Positions 40,916-47,313 of a stretch of DNA of 47,313 nucleotides are shown one piece after another. The DNA is from a virus (lineage: Duplodnaviria; Caudoviricetes). Positions within the stretch are counted from its first letter, which is position 1. Each line of letters begins with the position of its first letter. The stretch covers positions 1 to 47,313 of IMG/VR virus record IMGVR_UViG_3300033513_000013, one strand, 5' to 3'. Under the pieces are notes generated by a model. That model was not told where the DNA came from. It worked only from the letters and a program-made list of their open reading frames with translations, and searched no databases. Both the position numbers and the translations under genes were made by a program.

Positions 40916-41635
40916 ATGCTAAGAACCCTTGCACGCCGCAGGTTTTTGACGCACATCAGCACGGGAGCGGTGGTTACGCCTTGGTGGTTGTCAGGTGGCA
41001 TCCCGGCAGCGAACTGCATCGCGGCTTTTCAGCCCAAAGGCGCGGCAAGTTTAGCGGCAAGTTACGTCAACCTGGCAAGCGGCGGGGCAACTTGGGATGC
41101 TGCACCGGGAGATGCGCCAGGATTCAATACAGCGACCGGATGGGACTTTAATGGCTCGTCTGATTATCTTATCGTTGGCAGCGGCGCAATAGCAACGGCG
41201 GCTCCGCTGTCTATGGTTTGTAGATTTAATGTTGATGTCGGCGCGGCCCTTGGCGTATTTATGTCTATATGCAACACGTCAAGCGCCAACCGTTTTCAGT
41301 TTTATTTTGCAGATCAAGACGAAGTTATCATGGCAACCGTTGCCACCGCAGCGGGAGCGGCCAACAGCACCGCAGGATTTTTGTTTGGCGGCTGGTATAG
41401 CGGATTTGGTGTTACAAGCGCGGCAAACAGTCGGGCCGCATACATTAACGGAGCAAACAAAGGCACAGATGCAACTTCGCTTACGCCATCTGGGGTCAAT
41501 GCAACTTATATCGGCGCACGATACAGCGGCGCTTCGATTGGCAGTTTTTTGAATGGCAAGATGTCTCATTGTGCTTTTTACAATATCGCTCTTTCGGATG
41601 CACAGGCATTAGTCTTACATGCCGCGATGGTTTAG
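40916..41635 (+). CDS. Concanavalin A/LamG-like lectin-fold virion protein
   Basis: FNG..DYL, YING, IGA..., LNG.M...AFYNIALS..Q. Confidence 0.7.
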   Translation: MLRTLARRRFLTHISTGAVVTPWWLSGGIPAANCIAAFQPKGAASLAASYVNLASGGATWDAAPGDAPGFNTATGWDFNGSSDYLIVGSGAIATAAPLSMVCRFNVDVGAALGVFMSICNTSSANRFQFYFADQDEVIMATVATAAGAANSTAGFLFGGWYSGFGVTSAANSRAAYINGANKGTDATSLTPSGVNATYIGARYSGASIGSFLNGKMSHCAFYNIALSDAQALVLHAAMV

Positions 41636-41648
41636 GAACGGAGGAACA

Positions 41649-42080
41649 ATGACACTCACTTTACGAGAACAGTACGACCTGGCGATGCAGCCTGATTTTG
41701 TGCTGCGCGTCCAGCAGGCGATGGTATCGGCGGCAATTGATCTTTCTACCAGCGTTCCAGACTACCGCCTTGGGTCTTATGTCACTCAGGTGCTCAATAA
41801 CCCTGAACAGATGCGCCAACGTTTAGCTTTTGGTGTGGCGTCCAGGCCAGAAATCAACGCAAACCCCACCGGTGCAGAAATCCGGGTGGCGGTCAACTCG
41901 CTGATGGCGGCCTATGCGGGTGCGTTCAATGTTACTACGCCTGCGCCTGTTGCTGCGCCTGCCGCGCCCATGCTCGCGCCTTCTGTGGTGCGGCGAGTGC
42001 GCAGGCAGACGGTGAAGAAAGCGAAGCCGCCGGTCAAGGAAGATAACACGCCCTGGTACAAGAAATTGTTTGGAGGTTGA
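41649..42080 (+). CDS. Hypothetical structural-region protein
   Basis: RBS GGAGG; C-terminal PWYKKLFG. Confidence 0.6.
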   Translation: MTLTLREQYDLAMQPDFVLRVQQAMVSAAIDLSTSVPDYRLGSYVTQVLNNPEQMRQRLAFGVASRPEINANPTGAEIRVAVNSLMAAYAGAFNVTTPAPVAAPAAPMLAPSVVRRVRRQTVKKAKPPVKEDNTPWYKKLFGG

Positions 42081-42081
42081 T

Positions 42082-42276
42082 ATGGCTGCTAAATCAAAGG
42101 CCCACCCCGGCTTTAAGTCGGTGCAGAAAAAGATTGCCCGTAAGTACGGCATGAAGCGCGCCGGTGCGATCCTGGCAAGCAAGACACGCAATGCCAGTCC
42201 GGCGGCAAAGAAAGCCAACCCGCGCCTCAAGAAAGTAAAGGGCGCCCCGAGCAAGGCCAAAAAGAAAGGCAAGTGA
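42082..42276 (+). CDS. Highly basic small protein (HPGF..VQ.KIA family)
   Basis: Lys/Arg/Ala-rich with no acidic residues; RBS GGAGG. Confidence 0.7.
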   Translation: MAAKSKAHPGFKSVQKKIARKYGMKRAGAILASKTRNASPAAKKANPRLKKVKGAPSKAKKKGK

Positions 42277-42277
42277 T

Positions 42278-42475
42278 ATGTCTCCACTACGCGAAGGCAA
42301 AAGCCGCAAGGTCATCTCAGAGAACATTGCCGAGATGATTCGAGCAGGTCATCCATCTGACCAGGCCTCAGCGGCAGCCTACGAGAAAGCCGGTAAAGGC
42401 AGGCGTGCGCGCCGGAGGTCTAAGAAAAGCCGCAAGCGCAAGAACAAGCGCACATGGAACCCGGAGGAGAGATAA
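42278..42475 (+). CDS. Basic small protein (PL..GKS...IS.NI family)
   Basis: Recurrent phage motif plus an Arg/Lys-rich tail. Confidence 0.7.
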   Translation: MSPLREGKSRKVISENIAEMIRAGHPSDQASAAAYEKAGKGRRARRRSKKSRKRKNKRTWNPEER

Positions 42476-42478
42476 GAT

Positions 42479-43342
42479 ATGGCAGAGACACTTGCAAGTG
42501 CAACTTTAGCGGTAGCCAGGCTGGTGACACGAATTGTCGAAGGAATACAGACTGCCAACGGCTCGACCACAACTACGGTCGATACGGCTATGTATGCTCC
42601 TGAGGCCAATAATTACTGGAACGATGGCACGATCTGGTTTACGGGTGGGACGAACATCGGCAAGACCGCCGTTCTCAACCATACTACGGGTTGGGTTAAT
42701 GCCACAGGCGTCTTCACACACACCGCCGTTACATCCACCGTTGCGGCTGATGCCTACGCAGTAACCAACGCCGACTACCCGCGCTTCTTGCTCAGGCAAT
42801 GCGTCAACCGTGCCATCCGGCTGATTGGCAACGTAGCCCAGACCGATTCCACCATCCCGACGGTCGCCAACCAGGAGAAATACACCCTGACCGCAAACAC
42901 CTACAACTTGCGGCGGGTGGAGATCGCCACCGCCTCAGCCACGCCATACTATTGGAGAGTGCTCAACCACTGGCGCGAGGAGAACGGCTACCTGTACTTT
43001 GACACAGGCTATGCTCCATCAATGACCGGCTACCTGCTGCGCTACTGGTACATCGTGCCTGCCGCCGAACTAACCACAGACACCGGCGCGGTATCCAACT
43101 ACATCCACATCGACCGCCTATCTTACGAGGCAGCCCTGCTGGCTTTAGAGTGGCGCATGCACCAGACCGAGGTCATGGATGATACGGTGAAGGCAGGGTT
43201 AGCGATCATCGGAGAAGAAGTCAAGCGCCAGCGCTACCTGCACCCGAACCCTGAGTTCCCGAAGGACGTGCACATGGCGAAGCTGTTTGACTCATACGAT
43301 CCTTATAACCGTGTTGACGACGTGGGGCATGTGACCGTATGA
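42479..43342 (+). CDS. Head-tail adaptor/tail tubular-A-like protein
   Basis: Position before the nozzle gene; VNRAIR helix, T.A.QEKY.L, and L.YEAA...L. Confidence 0.6.
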   Translation: MAETLASATLAVARLVTRIVEGIQTANGSTTTTVDTAMYAPEANNYWNDGTIWFTGGTNIGKTAVLNHTTGWVNATGVFTHTAVTSTVAADAYAVTNADYPRFLLRQCVNRAIRLIGNVAQTDSTIPTVANQEKYTLTANTYNLRRVEIATASATPYYWRVLNHWREENGYLYFDTGYAPSMTGYLLRYWYIVPAAELTTDTGAVSNYIHIDRLSYEAALLALEWRMHQTEVMDDTVKAGLAIIGEEVKRQRYLHPNPEFPKDVHMAKLFDSYDPYNRVDDVGHVTV

Positions 43343-46086
43343 CATCCAGCGCAGGCCCGACCAACAAACTCTCTACCCACCACGTCACGCTAACCGATGG
43401 CGCCACGACCGTCGGCTTGATTATGTGCGATGCGCAGGGCAACCCGCAGGTGCGCTCCTTCCAGCGCACGGGCTACCCAAGGCCGTCGCTCAAAACATAC
43501 AGTGGCAATCTGACCCAATCCGACTACGAGCCGCCATGGTGCGCCGAGGTGCAAACCGACTGGTCGGGCGGCATGGGCTACGCCGATTTCAACAAGAACA
43601 GCGCCGGTTATGCCGATGGAAGCTGCATCAATACCATGCACGCGGGCGAGATTATCATTGGGCCGAGCGCCAATTACGCTACCATGAGCACACGTGACTA
43701 CTGCATGAACTGGCCTAGACTATGCAACCGCGGCACGATGTTCCACTACTTCAACGGCTACCGCTACCTGGGGCAGAAGTTTACCACCGTAGGAGGATAC
43801 ACCGCCACGCACATCGAATTGACGCTGATGATCTACGCTGGTACGCCGCCTACGCTGACCGTCTCGCTTTACTCCGATGTTGGCGCGGCCCCTGGCGTGT
43901 TGCAACAATCTGGCACGGTCGCCGTCACCGGCTTTTCGGTAGGCGAATACCAGACCGTGAGGGTAGCGCTGGCGGCAGGCGTGGTGCTCGCTGCGACAAC
44001 TTCCTATTGGATCGTCATCGACCAGGGCGCGGCATCAAGCGTTGGGGCGTGTTGGGGTGAGATGTATTCAACCACGACCGGAGTTGCCTCGCGTATCCTG
44101 ATGTCTAACAACGGAACGACCTGGACTAGCCTGGGCTACGACTTCAACCTGTATTACCGCGTCCTGCCTGCCGACAAATATATGCGCGCCTTCTTTGGCG
44201 AGTACCGCGGTGTGGGCCTGTGCGCCCTGACCTACGAAGATGGCACGGTAAGCGATGTGCTGATGAACGGCGAGTGCGGGGTGGCAAGCGGGGCGTCGTC
44301 ATCGACTACCTTGCACGTCCACGGCAAAACCTGGACTGCCGATGTTTGGAAGGGATGTATCGTCAAGATTATGAAAGGCACGGGCAAGGGTCAGTGGCGT
44401 CTGATTACAAGCAATATATCCGATGAATTGACTGTATCACCAGCCTGGGACGTGACGCCTGCAACCCTAGTAAGCGAGTATGCCATCGTTGCCTCGGATA
44501 TATGGACGGAGATCGGAACGGCGGCCTATACCGCCGGTCACGGCTGGACAGCAGGGCCTCCGCCTGTTGTGGCTACGGATATGATTGTCGCTAACGGCAT
44601 GGTGTTCTTTGCACTTGGGGATGCGGTGGCTGTCTCGCGCCTGCGCCTGTATAACAACGCCGGAACGTGGACGGAAGTGTGGCTCAACGAAGCGGCAGGC
44701 AGCATGGGCACTTACCTGGGCAGGGCTGGCGACCAGAACGGCGACTATTTGTGGACGCTGACACGCGGCGGGCCTTCTACATACAACTACGCCGACATCT
44801 CAACTGTTGACGGGTCGGGAGGCGGGGCAAGCCCGGCGGCGCTTACCTGGCTGGCAACTGCGCTGAACATCGGCAACACCGACAGCTTTACTTCCAACTG
44901 CCTGAACTATGGCGAGTACGGCAACCTGTATGTCATCAAGGAAGACGGCATCATGCAGATTGTAGACAAGAAGCCGTACCTTGTGCCCATCAGCGAGCTT
45001 CCCGAAAGCTGCGACTATCGCAACGGCATCGCCGCAATCCAGTGGAACGTGTACCTGGTGTTCTCCTGGCACAACACGCTGCTCAGGTGGTATCAGAACT
45101 CGCTGGATAATATTGGCATGACTTCCACCGAGAACGGCTTGCCGTACAACAGGCAAGGCAACGTGGCGGCGGTGGTGGGCTATCCGGGTATGCTAATCAA
45201 GGCTATCGACGCAGGCCCCAACGGGTATTCGTCTATCCTGGCCTGGAACGCTCAGGGATGGTGCGAGTTGTATCGCGCTCCCGTGGCAGGCAGGCGCATC
45301 CGCTCCATGTGGATCCAGCCCATCCCGGGCGACGCCGTAGACCGCCTGTGGTTCACCTGCGGCAGCGACATCATGCACCTGCCGCTGTCCGAAGACCCGT
45401 TCCGCCATCCAACGACCAGCGCCGATGTCTACAACCACTACACCTACAGCCACCAGGGAACGTTCATCACGGCCTGGTACAACCTGGGTTCGGATGCCAT
45501 CAAGAAAATATTCGAGCACATCAACGTATCCCTGGATGGAAACTTCAACGGCGCGGGGCTGGAGACGACCGTCTATTACCAGGTCAACTACGAATCGGAT
45601 ACCTGGGTAAAGCTGACTACCGACTATGCGGGGAGCAGCATTTACGCCGAGCGCGAGATTGACCCAACCAACGCCCACGCCGTGACCGGCTACCATATCC
45701 GTTTCAAGTTTGTGATGCGCAACGCAGCCTACAGCGGAGACCCGCATGACACGAAGTACACCACCCGTATCACAAAGACCGGGCTGGATTTGGTGGCGCG
45801 CGTCCCGCACAAGCACAAAGTCGTGATGACTTTCAGGGCAGTTGATAACGATGTGTGCCTGCCTCGCTCTGCGCAGGCGCATGACGACTACACGAGCGCC
45901 GACGACAAGCTAGACCAACTCAACACCTGGGCGAACGCCAATACTGCGCTTACCACCGGATCGGTGTTGAAGCGCCTGGACAGCCTGAGCGTGCTCATCG
46001 AAGCACCCGATGAGCGCGCCCTCAAAGACGAGCAGCAGGCGCAGGTCGAAGGATACATCTGCCAGATGGAATGGACGGAGTTGTGA
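43339..46086 (+). CDS. Tail nozzle/tubular-B-like structural protein, allele B
   Basis: 915 aa, beta-rich, Q.DWSGGMG motif; ATGA-coupled to the adaptor gene; homolog of 3..1556. Confidence 0.7.
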   Translation: MTSSAGPTNKLSTHHVTLTDGATTVGLIMCDAQGNPQVRSFQRTGYPRPSLKTYSGNLTQSDYEPPWCAEVQTDWSGGMGYADFNKNSAGYADGSCINTMHAGEIIIGPSANYATMSTRDYCMNWPRLCNRGTMFHYFNGYRYLGQKFTTVGGYTATHIELTLMIYAGTPPTLTVSLYSDVGAAPGVLQQSGTVAVTGFSVGEYQTVRVALAAGVVLAATTSYWIVIDQGAASSVGACWGEMYSTTTGVASRILMSNNGTTWTSLGYDFNLYYRVLPADKYMRAFFGEYRGVGLCALTYEDGTVSDVLMNGECGVASGASSSTTLHVHGKTWTADVWKGCIVKIMKGTGKGQWRLITSNISDELTVSPAWDVTPATLVSEYAIVASDIWTEIGTAAYTAGHGWTAGPPPVVATDMIVANGMVFFALGDAVAVSRLRLYNNAGTWTEVWLNEAAGSMGTYLGRAGDQNGDYLWTLTRGGPSTYNYADISTVDGSGGGASPAALTWLATALNIGNTDSFTSNCLNYGEYGNLYVIKEDGIMQIVDKKPYLVPISELPESCDYRNGIAAIQWNVYLVFSWHNTLLRWYQNSLDNIGMTSTENGLPYNRQGNVAAVVGYPGMLIKAIDAGPNGYSSILAWNAQGWCELYRAPVAGRRIRSMWIQPIPGDAVDRLWFTCGSDIMHLPLSEDPFRHPTTSADVYNHYTYSHQGTFITAWYNLGSDAIKKIFEHINVSLDGNFNGAGLETTVYYQVNYESDTWVKLTTDYAGSSIYAEREIDPTNAHAVTGYHIRFKFVMRNAAYSGDPHDTKYTTRITKTGLDLVARVPHKHKVVMTFRAVDNDVCLPRSAQAHDDYTSADDKLDQLNTWANANTALTTGSVLKRLDSLSVLIEAPDERALKDEQQAQVEGYICQMEWTEL

Positions 46087-46087
46087 T

Positions 46088-46414
46088 GTGGCAGTTAACT
46101 TTGACAGCAAGGAAGAAGAGTGGATCTACAACTCGCTCAAGAAATTCAAGCTGGATTTTTTCTACCATTACGAAATTTTTGGCGGGTCGCTGTTGCGTGG
46201 CGGCATCATCGTGGACTATGCCGTGTGGAGGCCTATGCTGACGCCTTTTGAATACTTTGGCCCTTATTGGCACGCAGGGCAATTGGGAGTTGACGACAAG
46301 CTGAAGCTGATTGCCGAGGAGCAGTATTTCGGGCAGCCGCCTATCGTGGCTTACGGAAGCGATATATTCGACCAACAATCATCGGATGACTTTGTAAGGC
46401 AGAATGTGCTATGA
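46088..46414 (+). CDS. DUF559/Vsr-like nuclease-fold protein, allele B
   Basis: GTG start 1 nt after the stop, as in allele A; near-identical motifs to 1558..1881. Confidence 0.5.
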   Translation: MAVNFDSKEEEWIYNSLKKFKLDFFYHYEIFGGSLLRGGIIVDYAVWRPMLTPFEYFGPYWHAGQLGVDDKLKLIAEEQYFGQPPIVAYGSDIFDQQSSDDFVRQNVL

Positions 46415-47163
46415 GCGAGATTGACGACCTCAAGCAACGCGTTGCCGCCCTGGAGCAGGCGATCCTCCACCTGAAGCTGTCCTATGATCCAGGCTACTCC
46501 AACAGGGGCACGCGCTGGATACATCAGAACCGCATTGGGCCTTCTTCATTAATATATGACGACGGTACAAACGTGCGGCTAGGCGGTGCGTCAAACTATA
46601 CGCAGGTGACGAGCGCAGGCGAACTTTCCCTGGCTGGCACGGCTACCGTATTCAACGATGCCAACGTCGGGGCGCTGACCCTGATTACAGGCGGCACGAT
46701 GCCAGGGATCGTGGAGTGGCTGGACAATCTAGGAAACAGGACTTCCGTCTACACGCGTGCCTTTGCAGCAGCCGAGCAGGTTTCGGGTTCGATAGAAATC
46801 CCGCACGACTACAAGGAAGGCAGCAACATCACCTTCCACGTCCACTGGGGAGTCAACGTCGCGCCGACCGGCACAGATAACGTGAAGTGGCAGTTGGATT
46901 ACACCGTGACGCGCGGCGAAACAACCTTTGCGCCATCTACTATTGCCTACATAGAAACCCCCTTAGACACGCAGTACGAATTGAAGAGGAGCGACTTCCC
47001 TGCTATCGTTGGAACGAATTTCAAGATTGGCGACCAGTTTGATTTTACGCTCTCGCGCATCCAGGCCAACGGCGATGGCTTTACCGGCGAGGCGCTGGTT
47101 GAAACCATCGGCTTCCACTACGAGTGCGATACGATGGGTTCTAAGACTATAACGGCTAAATAG
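46411..47163 (+). CDS. Tail fibre/receptor-binding protein, allele B
   Basis: Shares only the first ~50 aa with 1878..2594, then a jelly-roll-like PHDYKEGS.I.FHVHW domain. Confidence 0.65.
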   Translation: MSEIDDLKQRVAALEQAILHLKLSYDPGYSNRGTRWIHQNRIGPSSLIYDDGTNVRLGGASNYTQVTSAGELSLAGTATVFNDANVGALTLITGGTMPGIVEWLDNLGNRTSVYTRAFAAAEQVSGSIEIPHDYKEGSNITFHVHWGVNVAPTGTDNVKWQLDYTVTRGETTFAPSTIAYIETPLDTQYELKRSDFPAIVGTNFKIGDQFDFTLSRIQANGDGFTGEALVETIGFHYECDTMGSKTITAK

Positions 47164-47313
47164 AAAGGAAGGAAGGAATGAAAGGTTTACTCGCAAGTCG
47201 CAAGTTTTGGGCAGTTGTGTTTGATATGGCTATCACGTTGACCGTCTATTTCGTGGCTAAGTACATCCCTCAGGCCGCCGAAGATGTCAAGTTTGTTATT
47301 GCCGTGATCCAGG
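47161..47313 (+). repeat. Direct repeat copy 2 (runs off the window)
   Basis: 151/153 identical to 2603..2755. Confidence 0.95.
47178..47313 (+). CDS. Putative holin, second copy (3'-truncated)
   Basis: Same protein sequence as the start of 2620..2883. Confidence 0.6.
   Translation, partial: MKGLLASRKFWAVVFDMAITLTVYFVAKYIPQAAEDVKFVIAVIQ

Noticed and set aside
1-47313. Diversity-generating retroelement or invertase shufflon explaining the two fibre types
   Set aside because: No reverse transcriptase, recombinase, adenine-specific TR/VR pair or inverted crossover sites were seen.

Overview
The window is a little more than one genome length of a tailed dsDNA phage. The unit length is about 44,558 bp, taken from the offset between near-identical sequence at 2603 and 47161. 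It is probably a podovirus-like phage without a recognisable integrase. Several protein families and AGAAAGGA-type ribosome binding sites (RBS) suggest a Chloroflexota (Anaerolineae-like) host, which is an inference. Layout: tail tip and lysis genes (1-4.5 kb); rightward middle and replication genes (4.7-14.7 kb: ribbon-helix-helix regulator, RecT-like protein, DnaD-type initiator with internal ori, helicase loader, VRR-NUC); a leftward cluster of small early genes (14.8-20.2 kb) including an Ocr-like DNA mimic and a SAM-lyase-like protein; and rightward packaging and virion genes (TerS, TerL, portal, a 2876-aa polyvalent protein, scaffold, N4-gp56-like capsid, decoration and tail genes). Most notable: (1) a small protein ending in ubiquitin/MoaD-like PxxxGG, coupled to a Cys-containing, possibly E2-like partner; (2) two related tRNA-like RNA elements bracketing that pair, with the anticodon arm replaced by three hairpins; (3) the giant protein carrying zincin, GGDEF-like and ADP-ribosyltransferase-like domains; (4) two divergent alleles of the same tail-tip module at the two window ends. 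All family calls come from motif recognition by eye; no searches were run.
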